IMG/VR virus record: IMGVR_UViG_3300025387_000009
Reading direction: 5' to 3' (one strand)
DNA: 64,000 nt
DNA from: a virus
Lineage: Duplodnaviria; Caudoviricetes
Shown here in pieces: positions 27,271 through 36,858 of this stretch. Under the pieces are notes generated by a model, which ran no database searches, was not told where the DNA came from, and worked only from the letters and a program-made list of their open reading frames with translations. A program made the translations under genes and the position numbers. How positions within the stretch are numbered: position 1 is the first letter of the stretch; each line of letters starts with the position of its first letter.

Positions 27271-27547
27271 GTATTCATACCTTGGGGAGAATTATTTGAA
27301 AGAAATTATTTTACCCAAGGTTCCAATGCCTTGGGCGTATGCTCCAAAAAGTTTGGGTAAAATGAAATCTTTTTTCCTTCAGACTTTTTTGATTTTGTCA
27401 ATAGGGAAAAATAAAAATCACCTACCCCTAAAAATAGCAGTTGACCAATGAGGAGGAATATGATCTACTTGATCCATAGTCAAAAACGGCTATGACCTCT
27501 AAACCGAAGGTGCAAATCGGAAAGGGCGGAAATCCCTTATTGATAGT

Positions 27548-28009
27548 ATGAACATCGAAATCATCAAGCAAATCGTCAAGAGCCGCAAGGGGTCGAACCT
27601 CTCGGCTGTTATCACCAAGACCCTCAAGACCAAAAAGCCCCATGCTGGCAACAAGATCGAGAAGATCACCAAGCTGGTCATTCGTGGTGGCGTTGAATAC
27701 GACAACATGGGAGTTGTCAAGGAAGGTCGTGAGGAAGGAACTCTCCCTTCCGAAAACGCTGGTCTGCCTTGGGGTGAGTGGTCAGAGTATCCCCTTCACA
27801 TTACCCACAAGGGAGCAGATTACGCTCGGTTCTACCCTGCTTCTGGTATCAAGTTCACCCCTCATGTTGAGTATTTCCTCAACGGAGTGAGCGTTGACAA
27901 GAGCGTGATTGAGCCTCTGGTTCTCGCCTCTGAACTCCCCAAGCCCAAGGAGGAAGAGCCTTTGTGCTTTACAATCAAAGCGGAGAATGTAAAGGATATC
28001 ATCCTCTAA
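27548..28009 (+). CDS. Hypothetical protein
   Basis: 153 aa, biased codon usage. Confidence 0.7.
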   Translation: MNIEIIKQIVKSRKGSNLSAVITKTLKTKKPHAGNKIEKITKLVIRGGVEYDNMGVVKEGREEGTLPSENAGLPWGEWSEYPLHITHKGADYARFYPASGIKFTPHVEYFLNGVSVDKSVIEPLVLASELPKPKEEEPLCFTIKAENVKDIIL

Positions 28010-28022
28010 TTTCCCCCCAACC

Positions 28023-28057
28023 GAAGAGAGGGAGTCACCCCCCGACTCCCTCTCTTC
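28023..28057. terminator. Perfect 14-bp hairpin without U tract
   Basis: GAAGAGAGGGAGTC/GACTCCCTCTCTTC. Confidence 0.5.
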
Positions 28058-28111
28058 AACCTTCAAAAAAAAAACAAAACACCGATAAAACATATCATTC
28101 TACCCAACATC

Positions 28112-28375
28112 ATGAAAGACCGCATCCACTCCACGCTCATCGTCGCACTCCTCATCACCCTTCTTTGTGCCATTGATTGCCTCGCCACTAGCCTCTACTG
28201 GCAACATCAAGCAATCGTGCATCATGCCGCTTTCTTTGAAGCATCATCTTGGGGGAATGTCTCCTTCCATTGGGAGGACGATTCCTATGCCCATGCTCCC
28301 TTCCAAGACTTCACCTACTACCAGAACAAGGTGCAGGAAGCCTTCAACAAGACAATCCCTACTGATTCAAAGTAA
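28112..28375 (+). CDS. Membrane-anchored or secreted hypothetical protein
   Basis: N-terminal hydrophobic helix. Confidence 0.55.
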   Translation: MKDRIHSTLIVALLITLLCAIDCLATSLYWQHQAIVHHAAFFEASSWGNVSFHWEDDSYAHAPFQDFTYYQNKVQEAFNKTIPTDSK

Positions 28376-28485
28376 TGGAAGATTCTCGCCTCAATGACCT
28401 GATTGCCTTGCGTGACCAAATCGCTCGTGACTTACAGGATGTTAAAACCAGATAGAATTTATTCTCACCGCCGACAACAGAAACA

Positions 28486-28701
28486 ATGACAACTCTGACT
28501 CCTAGATCAGTCATCGAAAATCTCCTCAATGGCAATCTCACGAAAGCCACAACCGATGCAACATATTATTCTACCCAAACTCACCTTGATGAGGCAATGG
28601 GCATGGGATACAACTACAACGATGCCTTGATCATGGGAGCCTATCTCACGGGTCAAATCTGCTTCCAAGACTACGCCGACAACTTCAACAACAGAAAATG
28701 A
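28486..28701 (+). CDS. Hypothetical protein
   Basis: ORF track. Confidence 0.55.
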   Translation: MTTLTPRSVIENLLNGNLTKATTDATYYSTQTHLDEAMGMGYNYNDALIMGAYLTGQICFQDYADNFNNRK

Positions 28702-28895
28702 ATATCTTCCTCATGCGTAAATACACGACAAGGATCAATCTCTTCCTTGCCTTTGCATTCTTTTTGACTCTCGCATCCTGCTACACAACCTATCTCAACA
28801 AGCTGAAGAAAGATCCAACGCTTCCTTGGCAAGCAATGTTCCTTCAGATCCAGCCTCAACCATCTTGGCAGAGAGCCACCCCATTCAATAGTTAA
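28698..28895 (+). CDS. Small membrane protein
   Basis: TM segment, ATGA overlap. Confidence 0.5.
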   Translation: MNIFLMRKYTTRINLFLAFAFFLTLASCYTTYLNKLKKDPTLPWQAMFLQIQPQPSWQRATPFNS

Positions 28896-28912
28896 TTGCC
28901 ATAGAAAAAACC

Positions 28913-28949
28913 ATCCCCCTGATCTTGTGGTGAGGTCAGGGGGATTTTT
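28913..28949 (+). terminator. Rho-independent terminator
   Basis: ATCCCCCTGATCT/AGGTCAGGGGGAT plus T run. Confidence 0.75.
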
Positions 28950-29090
28950 CTTTCCCCACCTTGGGTAGAGAATACTGAATCATTTTATTTTACCCAAGGT
29001 TTTTTCCTATACGAATTTTCTTGATCTATAGATTATTTTCTATAGAGTTTTCTCCAGAAGGCACAACCTCCTTCTCGCAGTATCACCACT

Positions 29091-29468
29091 ATGGCAACTC
29101 GTCTCTACGTCAACGCTCCCTCCAATGTCATCGAACGCCTCATTGGTGTTCCCATTGGAACTACCGAAATCCTCAACCAGTTTGAGGAGCGCACCAAGTC
29201 GTATGACTCCTACGACCAGTATCAGCTTCGCCAGCTGGAGCCTAACCTCGCCAAACTCCATGACTTCCAAGTCTTTGGATACGGTCGCCTCACTGGTGCG
29301 GCTATGAACTCCATCCGTGCCTTTGCTCCCAAGGACGCTGGCGAGGATTTCCTGTGGTGCGGCTCCACTAGCGATCAGTCCGCTATCGGTAACATTCTGG
29401 AAGATCAGCTAGGCAACCTCGTCCACGACGATATCGTTGCCCAGATTGATTCCCTCTCTTGGAGTTAA
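29091..29468 (+). CDS. Hypothetical protein
   Basis: ORF track. Confidence 0.65.
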   Translation: MATRLYVNAPSNVIERLIGVPIGTTEILNQFEERTKSYDSYDQYQLRQLEPNLAKLHDFQVFGYGRLTGAAMNSIRAFAPKDAGEDFLWCGSTSDQSAIGNILEDQLGNLVHDDIVAQIDSLSWS

Positions 29469-29482
29469 TCCATCTAGAAATT

Positions 29483-29512
29483 CCCCTGTCCTTAATTGGG
29501 CAGGGGTTTTTC
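29483..29512 (+). terminator. Rho-independent terminator
   Basis: CCCCTGTCC/GGGCAGGGG plus T run. Confidence 0.75.
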
Positions 29513-29769
29513 TTTGCCTTCGTACTAGGGTAAAAGTTTCTGAATCTTTTTATTTTACCCAAATCTCCCACCCTTCCAAAATCCCTTGCGCTTCGCCGCA
29601 AATACATTTGGGTAAAATGATTTCTTTTCTCGCTCAGAGTTCTCTCCCTTTGTCAACACCGAAAAAGAAAAAGTTTTTTCCTGCACGAATTTGTTTGAAC
29701 TATTCAGTAATTCCTGTACAGTAAATCCAACCTGAAGAGCCAACAGAATAAAACGGGCAACAACACCAC

Positions 29770-30756
29770 ATGGCACATATGATAATGGACAGGGACACGC
29801 AGGAAGGCGTGGAGGTAGCATGGCACAAGCTGACGGTCGTGAAGGAGAAGCTCTCCCTCAAGGAGGATTGCGGCATCCGTTACCCTATGGTCACGGTTCC
29901 TCTCTCCTACACACTTGGTGACAAGGTGATCGAAACCGAAGCCAAGCAGATCATCTCTCTTGATGATGGTCTCCCCATTGGCAATCCGGTTTCCTCCTCC
30001 TATGGTATGATCACCAACGAGCAGATGCTCGACATGATCAGCGATGCTCTGCTAGGAACCCGTTACGAGATCGTCTCCTTGGGGACAGTCTGCAATCGTG
30101 CAAAGGCATTCGTCAGCATCAAGCTGTCGGATGATATCGTCGCCGCTGGTCGCCTCACAAAGAATGTTCTCAACATCATGTGGGGGCATGGAGGTCTCAT
30201 GAGCGTGATCGGTAACTCTGGGCTGACCGTTGTGGTCTGTCAGAACACGCTCAACGTAGCCTTGGCGGAGAAGGGAGATTTCCGCTTCACCATCAAGCAT
30301 ACCAAGTTCGCCGCTGATCGTCTGGGCGGAATGGCAGAGGCTATCGACCGCCACTGTGGAGTCGTGGCAGAGTTCCAAGCGGCGATGGATTCCCTCGACA
30401 GCATCGACTGTGAGGAGGAGACAGCGAGGAAAATCACAGCAGGGATTCTCACTCCCGCATCGTTTGAAAAGGAAGCCAAGGTTTCCACTCGCACGATGAA
30501 TATGGTCGATAAGGTTGTCAGCCTCTATCGTCATGGAGCAGGGAACAACGGTCGCACGATGGCTGACCTGTTCAATGGAGCCACTGACTACTTCACGCAC
30601 GAGTCGAGCGGAGGTGATGATCCTTGGAAGCAGTTCGTCTCTTCCGAGTTCGGCTCCGCCGCTGACAGCAAGAGGGAGTGGTTCAACGTCCTGACCGACG
30701 ATACCTCTCGCCAACTCATGAAGGCAAGGGGAGAGCAGGTTCTCCTAGTCGCCTAG
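29770..30756 (+). CDS. DUF932/DUF945-family protein
   Basis: WHKL..YGMITNEQML..VVVCQNTLNVAL..IKHT..LFNGATDYFTH. Confidence 0.8.
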   Translation: MAHMIMDRDTQEGVEVAWHKLTVVKEKLSLKEDCGIRYPMVTVPLSYTLGDKVIETEAKQIISLDDGLPIGNPVSSSYGMITNEQMLDMISDALLGTRYEIVSLGTVCNRAKAFVSIKLSDDIVAAGRLTKNVLNIMWGHGGLMSVIGNSGLTVVVCQNTLNVALAEKGDFRFTIKHTKFAADRLGGMAEAIDRHCGVVAEFQAAMDSLDSIDCEEETARKITAGILTPASFEKEAKVSTRTMNMVDKVVSLYRHGAGNNGRTMADLFNGATDYFTHESSGGDDPWKQFVSSEFGSAADSKREWFNVLTDDTSRQLMKARGEQVLLVA

Positions 30757-30775
30757 TCCTTAACTGTCAAGTCAG

Positions 30776-30812
30776 TCCCTCCTAGCCGAAAGGTTGGGAG
30801 GGATTTTCTTTT
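30776..30812 (+). terminator. Rho-independent terminator
   Basis: TCCCTCCTAGCC-GAAA-GGTTGGGAGGGA plus T run. Confidence 0.85.
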
Positions 30813-30939
30813 GCCTGATGCGTAACAATACGCTTGACATTTCCACCAGACCCTACTGGGAAAAGATATCATTTTACCCAAGCCGCTCCTATTAGACGAC
30901 ATTGGATTTTTGAGCTTGACAAAAACCGAGGGGAGCCTA

Positions 30940-31095
30940 GAAAAATCTACCCTATATGGCTTCGTAAGACAAGGTGGGGTGGGGCGCAGTGCGCCCTAGT
31001 ACCCCCTATAGGGAAGGGGTGGGGGTATTTTTAAAGTACCCCCTATCGGGTATAAGGATTTGGCGGGTTCTCTTATAGGGAATTCTTATTATACC
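30940..31095. repeat. G/C-run palindromes and AGTACCCCCTAT direct repeat
   Basis: GGGGGTA/TACCCCC IR; repeat near 30998 and 31035; non-coding. Confidence 0.55.
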
Positions 31096-31097
31096 CT

Positions 31098-31724
31098 TTA
31101 AGGTATAAAGAAATATTCAGAATCTAAATCATAAGTTTTCCCAATCTCAGGGGAAATAGTTTGAGGAAATCTTCTGAATACATGACCCATATAAGTTTTG
31201 TGGTAATACTTTTTAGTTTCCGTGGAGCTAGAGGTTATTGAACGGTTTGCTACCTTGTAAACGCTTGTAACATTTGGGTAGTCTTCTAAGAGGTCATTTA
31301 CACCGTTATAGGTTTTTAACAATATACCATCTTTTGTAAACTTTCCTAGGGTTCCTTTAAATGAAACGTGTTTATCTTTCCCTTGTATTATTAATCCTGT
31401 ATCAATGGCATGCTTTACGTTTTGCTTTGCTGTAACCCATTCTAGGTTCTCTAATCTATAATCGTTTTTATCTCCATTTATATGGTTTATCATGGGATAG
31501 TTGTTTGGGTTTGGAATAAAGTATAGAGCTAAAAGTCTATGAATATAGTAAGTGGTGTATCTTCCTTTTATCTTTAAGGTAACGAGAGGATAGCGTTTTG
31601 TCTTTTTGACTTTCAGTATTCTGGGTGATTTAAAACAAAAGCTTTTAAATCTACCTTTATTGCTTACTTGGTATTTGTTATTTGTGTCTTCTATTGTTTT
31701 CCAGATTTCTTCTTTATTTTCCAT
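31098..31724 (-). CDS. NUMOD4-HNH homing endonuclease
   Basis: EEIWKTI..YQVSNKGRFKS; HRLLALYFI..INHINGDKNDYRLENLEWVT. Confidence 0.9.
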   Translation of the reverse strand: MENKEEIWKTIEDTNNKYQVSNKGRFKSFCFKSPRILKVKKTKRYPLVTLKIKGRYTTYYIHRLLALYFIPNPNNYPMINHINGDKNDYRLENLEWVTAKQNVKHAIDTGLIIQGKDKHVSFKGTLGKFTKDGILLKTYNGVNDLLEDYPNVTSVYKVANRSITSSSTETKKYYHKTYMGHVFRRFPQTISPEIGKTYDLDSEYFFIP

Positions 31725-32256
31725 ATTTTTCTTTTACGTATTCTACAAATCCTCTTAAGACTCCTATTCTTGTGCTTTGGTTTACATTTTTACCAAAGTG
31801 AATGGTGTAATAGTCTTTGTTCTTTTCAGACCATTCTTGGTTTTCCTGTATAAGAATAAAGGGATCTTTTAGGTTTAAATTTCTTAATTCCTCTAGGTAA
31901 TCTATTTTGTAAACGCTTTTATACTCTTGCATTGCTTTTTCCCACCAGTAGGTTTCATAGAATCCCATTGATGTTCTATTTGATTTTATCCAATCCCACA
32001 TAAAGGAGGATGAATTGCAATTGGGAGCCATTTCATGACATTCATTACACAAGAGGACGTAATTCTCTGGTGAGTCTTTTCCTCCTAGGGCATGAGGAAT
32101 GATATGACATCTTTCCGTATCTCTTTCACAACCACAGTTCCAACACATGATGTCGGCTTCTGACCAATCGAAATTCAATTCTCCTTCATAGATAAGATTC
32201 GTCCAATAGGCGATAATCTTATCTTTGGTTGTTTTCATTGACTTTCTCTTTGTCAT
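31714..32256 (-). CDS. HNH endonuclease
   Basis: CWNCG..RCHIIPHALGG..ENYVLLCNECH. Confidence 0.85.
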   Translation of the reverse strand: MTKRKSMKTTKDKIIAYWTNLIYEGELNFDWSEADIMCWNCGCERDTERCHIIPHALGGKDSPENYVLLCNECHEMAPNCNSSSFMWDWIKSNRTSMGFYETYWWEKAMQEYKSVYKIDYLEELRNLNLKDPFILIQENQEWSEKNKDYYTIHFGKNVNQSTRIGVLRGFVEYVKEKYGK

Positions 32257-32358
32257 GATCCCTATTATTATAGGGAAAGAAAAAGTAAAGTCAATTAACT
32301 TATGGGATTTACCGTGATTTTATAATCTCTACCGAAATAATCTCTGACAATGAGACCA

Positions 32359-32523
32359 TTATCTGTTTCTTCTATATGAAGTTGTATGTTGTTTTTTTTG
32401 CAAAGCAACATTAATAGCAGTATAAAGACCAGAACTTTCGTCTACGCTAAGATCTCTTTCTTCTTTCAAAACCTTTGTAGCATAGAGTTCTTTTAAAGTT
32501 ACGAGTCTTTTGGGTGCTTTCAT
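32359..32523 (-). CDS. Small late protein with leader-like N-terminus; possible frameshift at A8
   Basis: MKAPKRLVTLKELYATKVLKEE; TAAATA upstream. Confidence 0.4.
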   Translation of the reverse strand: MKAPKRLVTLKELYATKVLKEERDLSVDESSGLYTAINVALQKKQHTTSYRRNR

Positions 32524-32575
32524 ATTCTTTTTATATTTAGTCTCAAAAAAATTTTTTAAGGGTAATTATTATCAA

Positions 32576-33025
32576 ATGCGAGATCGTGATACACTTTTAC
32601 TTCAAGAAGCCTATAGTCTTATTTGCGAGGAGGGATTAGAAGCAAGAACTGGTCATATTGGGTTTTCTGGAAAAGTTTGGGTGTATAAGAACCTAAACTT
32701 GTCAGATAAACTTGGCTATCCTATATTCTCCATTATGGATGTGGCAACAAATAAGGTTATTGGTCATGAAAGAAATCTCTTGCTTAAGGATTGCATTTTA
32801 AAGGTTCGTCAAGGGGGAATGGAAAAGGTTCGTGAACAGAAAAGAAAAAATGTTCATGCAGGGGTTATTGGGTTTTTATCCAACGAAGAACCTCGTGTTT
32901 TACCAATTAGTATTACCTATAATCCCTACAAATATAACTCATTTGTAAACCGAGCAAATGAGCAACCCATTTATAATGCAAAGCTTGTATCCATTATCGA
33001 TGGAAAGCTTACGGCGCAAATTTAG
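32576..33025 (+). CDS. Leader-family protein with conserved phage domain
   Basis: MRDRDTLLLQEAYSLI; KVWVYKNL..KRKNVHAGVIG motif. Confidence 0.7.
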   Translation: MRDRDTLLLQEAYSLICEEGLEARTGHIGFSGKVWVYKNLNLSDKLGYPIFSIMDVATNKVIGHERNLLLKDCILKVRQGGMEKVREQKRKNVHAGVIGFLSNEEPRVLPISITYNPYKYNSFVNRANEQPIYNAKLVSIIDGKLTAQI

Positions 33026-33045
33026 CAAAAAAATTTTTTTAAGGG

Positions 33046-33051
33046 TAAATA
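33046..33051 (+). promoter_or_regulatory. Late promoter TAAATA
   Basis: 7 nt before ATG 33059. Confidence 0.55.
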
Positions 33052-33058
33052 TAATATC

Positions 33059-34192
33059 ATGAGAGATAAAGACGCATTAATACTTGAGAGTTTGTACGAA
33101 GAAGTTTCTATTTTGGAAGCATTCGACACATTGGGAGCAAAGGCAGACGCAATTGCCCCAGAAGAACTAGTTGCCTATATTAACAGGGTTAACGAAAAAT
33201 CAAAACTCAAGGCAAGCGAAAAGAAAGGTAAGGATAAGGATTATTTCCACATGCCTCATATCCATTCCGCCATTGCAAAGAAGGTAATGATCCAAACTCC
33301 AGATGGCGAAAAAGTTGATCTTGATGAATTTAAGAAAATCTTAATGACCCGTCCAAAGGAGCTTTTACGCCAAAACGAGAAGATGCAAAAGAGTGGTACA
33401 GACACCACAGTTTTCTTTAACACAACTCTTCCTGCCTTAAAGGGTATGGTTGTTGACGAAAGCACAGGAGAATTTAAAATCATTACAACCTGTCCATCCG
33501 CTGGTGCTTGTCAATTAGTATGTTACGCAAAACACGGATCATATGTCATGTATCCAGAGGTTTCCATGTTCCAGAATAAAACCCTTAACTATCTCTTCAA
33601 TGATGCAGAGGGTTATGAAAACCAAATGGTAGCAGAAATTAAATTAGCTGCTATTAAAAACAGAGGCAAGAAAGTTCAGGTTCGCTGGAATGATTCCGGT
33701 GACTTACTCTCCCCTAAGTTCTTTGATATTGTAATGAAAATTGTAAATGCAACGCCTGATGCAGATCACTATATCTACACCAAGGAAGTTGCATTAATTA
33801 AATCAATTCCAAATCCTCCACATAACGTAATCTTTAACTTCTCTTACGGGGCAAGAAAAGAACAGGAGAAATTAATTGATCCTCAGAAAGATAAGGTTTC
33901 CTATATCGTTAATATTAAAGACCCAACAAAGGAGCCTTCCCTTTATCCGATTTCAAAATTCAAATACATTGAATTAAAAAACAAGAAGTGGGTTTATACC
34001 AATCCAGATGCAGTAAAGCAACTCATTGCACAGAGATATAAGATTGATCCAAAGAGTGTTTTAACAATTGATGAATTGAAACATACCCCTGAAGGTCAGA
34101 ACGGGCAGTATAACGTGATCGTATTGCCTGGCGAATCCGACCTCTCCGCCTCACGCAGAGACGTTCGTGGTACGTATTTAATCATCCACTAA
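33059..34192 (+). CDS. GP88-like Cys-cluster (radical-SAM-like) protein with leader
   Basis: TCPSAGACQLVCYA..VRWNDSGD..YIYTKE. Confidence 0.75.
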   Translation: MRDKDALILESLYEEVSILEAFDTLGAKADAIAPEELVAYINRVNEKSKLKASEKKGKDKDYFHMPHIHSAIAKKVMIQTPDGEKVDLDEFKKILMTRPKELLRQNEKMQKSGTDTTVFFNTTLPALKGMVVDESTGEFKIITTCPSAGACQLVCYAKHGSYVMYPEVSMFQNKTLNYLFNDAEGYENQMVAEIKLAAIKNRGKKVQVRWNDSGDLLSPKFFDIVMKIVNATPDADHYIYTKEVALIKSIPNPPHNVIFNFSYGARKEQEKLIDPQKDKVSYIVNIKDPTKEPSLYPISKFKYIELKNKKWVYTNPDAVKQLIAQRYKIDPKSVLTIDELKHTPEGQNGQYNVIVLPGESDLSASRRDVRGTYLIIH

Positions 34193-34273
34193 ATCGTTAT
34201 TTATCCTTCAGCATTTCCCATTTCATCGGCATGAATGGGTGATTTAGAATCGATAAGTATTGACATAACCACT

Positions 34274-34504
34274 ATGTCAAAGGATTTCAACAAAAGAATG
34301 AAAACAAAGGAATTTGCTCAAAAGGCAAAGAAGAAACAATCCTTTGTAGTCAAAGAAGTAAAGGTAGAAGAAATTTTCGATGAAACCGGAGAGGTAAACG
34401 AATCTACGATTCTAAAAATTTCTTTTGAGGGTATCCTTTTACATTTAAGTATAGGAGCAGCATATAGACTTTTTAGAGATTTACGTGAGATTTTGGATTC
34501 CTAA
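34274..34504 (+). CDS. Hypothetical protein
   Basis: ORF track, start uncertain. Confidence 0.5.
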   Translation: MSKDFNKRMKTKEFAQKAKKKQSFVVKEVKVEEIFDETGEVNESTILKISFEGILLHLSIGAAYRLFRDLREILDS

Positions 34505-34508
34505 AGTG

Positions 34509-34514
34509 TAAGTA
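34509..34514 (+). promoter_or_regulatory. Late promoter TAAGTA
   Basis: 6 nt before ATG 34521. Confidence 0.55.
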
Positions 34515-34520
34515 ATATTA

Positions 34521-35492
34521 ATGAACAAGAAAGACTATCTCATTTTAGAAGAAGCTTATAATAAAGTTTTAGTTAACGAGGCATATGATACAAGTAGTTT
34601 GCCTCACGATCAGCAAGCCACAATCCATAAATTAGAAGAGCACGGATTTAAAATCGTTGGCTATAAAACCCAGAGTGGTCAGAAAGTTATGGAGCTTAGA
34701 AAGATGGGTGTTAGTGCACACGTTGATTCAGAAGGATTTATAAATGACGAAGAGAACGCTGATGATTTCTTACTTAAGTTCAAACCATCAAGACCAGAAG
34801 AAAAGCTTCGTGGATTAACAAATAGAGAAGTCGAAAAGGATATCGCTGCTCAGAGAATGCAAAGAGGAGCAGAAGGTTATGCAGAAAGAAAGCACGAGCA
34901 TGGTGCTCTTCATGGTGACGTAGCATATAACAATTACAAAGAATCAACTTCATTGGAAGATGTTTATGCAAAGCTTTTAAGTGAATCTCAGGACATTGAT
35001 CCAAGAAACACAGATCATAAACACCCATTCAATCGTGTTGATAATGATCCTCATTCTGGTACACAGAAAACAGGTTCATACAAGCTTCCTGTTGTAGAGG
35101 CAGACGAAGAGGAAGATCACGTTGAAAAAACCGAAAAGGAAAAGGTTGAAGACGTTAAGGATAAGGAAGAAGAGGAGTCTTCCAAATATAAAAAATCGGA
35201 GGAAGGCGAACATGGTGATAATGAAAAGCTAGAAGGTAAAGAAGAAATTTCAGTTGAGGAAGAAGATTTCGATCTTTTATCCGCTGCTCTTGACATCATC
35301 AAGGAAGCGAAGAAGAAAGCCGTTTCCGGAAAAAAGAATATAAACCCTTGGGCTGTTGAAAAAGCACTTGAAAAGAAAACAGGTCATCATTACGGCAAAG
35401 AGAAAAAGGAAAGAATCGTAAAGGGTATAAAAAAGGGTGCAGAAAAATACGGTAAGAAGATTACCTCCAAACCAGTTAAAAAATCCAAGTAA
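34521..35492 (+). CDS. Highly charged putative internal head protein (leader family)
   Basis: MNKKDYLILEEAYNKVLVNE; internal STSLEDVYAKLLSE; acidic tract then Lys-rich end. Confidence 0.65.
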   Translation: MNKKDYLILEEAYNKVLVNEAYDTSSLPHDQQATIHKLEEHGFKIVGYKTQSGQKVMELRKMGVSAHVDSEGFINDEENADDFLLKFKPSRPEEKLRGLTNREVEKDIAAQRMQRGAEGYAERKHEHGALHGDVAYNNYKESTSLEDVYAKLLSESQDIDPRNTDHKHPFNRVDNDPHSGTQKTGSYKLPVVEADEEEDHVEKTEKEKVEDVKDKEEEESSKYKKSEEGEHGDNEKLEGKEEISVEEEDFDLLSAALDIIKEAKKKAVSGKKNINPWAVEKALEKKTGHHYGKEKKERIVKGIKKGAEKYGKKITSKPVKKSK

Positions 35493-35493
35493 T

Positions 35494-36111
35494 ATGTTCT
35501 CAAATTCAAAAGATCAAGTTAGCCTAGAAGAAGCTTATAGTAGCGTTAAAAGAAACGTTATTAACGAAGATTTTTCTCACATTGCAAATGAAATTGTTTC
35601 TGCAATTAGAAGTACAGGTCATATGTCACCACAGATACAAGGGTTGGTAACATTGGCATCGTTCTATATACCAGGCATGCTTGGAGCCGCCACCGTAGCT
35701 GCAATTCAAAAAGGATTTGATATGGCATCCAAGGGTGGAGTTCAACACCTTTTAACAAAAATTAAATCCCTTTTAAAACACGAACCAAAGGAAGAAATCG
35801 TACACGATATCGAATCAAGAACATCAAAGGAAATTGCACAGGCTTATATTAGCAATCCTACCAAAGATAATTTGGAAGCATTTCTTAATGATTTGAAAAA
35901 GAGTCTAGATGGTGCAGTTGAGCGTCATGGTCATCGTCAATCAAAGAAAGTTGCCAATGCTATTTCTGATAATCCTGTGCATCAAGAATCTGCAAATTCA
36001 ACTTTAAGATATTTGGGTGGAAGAGGCAGTGCAAAATATAATCCAGATCAAGGACTTATCCAAGAATCACACAAGCCTCGTAGAGGTTCTACGCTAGATT
36101 ATTTAAAATAG
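35494..36111 (+). CDS. Leader-family protein
   Basis: MFSNSKDQVSLEEAYSSV..INE. Confidence 0.65.
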   Translation: MFSNSKDQVSLEEAYSSVKRNVINEDFSHIANEIVSAIRSTGHMSPQIQGLVTLASFYIPGMLGAATVAAIQKGFDMASKGGVQHLLTKIKSLLKHEPKEEIVHDIESRTSKEIAQAYISNPTKDNLEAFLNDLKKSLDGAVERHGHRQSKKVANAISDNPVHQESANSTLRYLGGRGSAKYNPDQGLIQESHKPRRGSTLDYLK

Positions 36112-36151
36112 TTCTTGCATTTCTATAAAATTGCTTTAAGATAGTTTCTAT

Positions 36152-36688
36152 ATGAATGAGACTAACGTAAACAATGATTCAAAAGTTGCAAAGGTTCTTT
36201 GCGTGGTAATTGATGGCATTAACAGGGTTATTCCTGTTAATAAGATTAACAGCGTAAATTGTTTTTATTCTTGGCTTCATAGTCATGGTAATCTTAACGA
36301 TTACGTTCAAGCCGATTATTATAATGGCTCAGAGAATGATTTGACAAATATATTTTTGGAAATTCATAAGCTTGCCACAACTGATCACTGTTTCAATGGC
36401 AATTATGTTTTGAAGAGACTTGAGTTTCTTGCAAATGAAGGTCTTCATTTTGCACAGATCTTTAATTCAAACAATCCAACCTTTAAGGTCACCGAAGATG
36501 AAGCCAATCAAATCCTTGTAAAGTCTGCAAAGAATATCAAGAAGGCTACCAAGGCAAAGGCTACAAAGAACCTTAAGAAGGCTGCTGAGTTTTATAAGAA
36601 GAATGTAAAGTCTTCTGTTGGTCTTAAGCCTCTTAAGAAGAAGCCAGCAAAGAGAGATAAGAAGGGTCGTTTCATCAAAAACAAATAA
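36152..36688 (+). CDS. Hypothetical protein with Lys/Ala-rich tail
   Basis: ORF track; ends RDKKGRF. Confidence 0.65.
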   Translation: MNETNVNNDSKVAKVLCVVIDGINRVIPVNKINSVNCFYSWLHSHGNLNDYVQADYYNGSENDLTNIFLEIHKLATTDHCFNGNYVLKRLEFLANEGLHFAQIFNSNNPTFKVTEDEANQILVKSAKNIKKATKAKATKNLKKAAEFYKKNVKSSVGLKPLKKKPAKRDKKGRFIKNK

Positions 36689-36689
36689 T

Positions 36690-36815
36690 ATGGCTGGCAA
36701 AGGATCTAAACCTCGTCCAACGGATATGAAGAAGTTTGTACAAAACTTCCCAAAGCCTTCTGGTAAAATCGAAGGGTTTGTAAAAACAAAAGGAAAAATT
36801 ACGAAAAAGTATTGA
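36690..36815 (+). CDS. Small basic phage protein
   Basis: MAGKGSKPRP motif. Confidence 0.55.
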   Translation: MAGKGSKPRPTDMKKFVQNFPKPSGKIEGFVKTKGKITKKY

Positions 36816-36858
36816 CCTATTTGAAAATTTGATGTATTATTAATACATAATCAAATAT

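Noticed and set aside
17759-30714. Long antisense ORFs over rIIA, rIIB, DUF1281 and DUF932 genes
   Set aside because: Shadow frames expected from biased codon usage; no motifs or promoters
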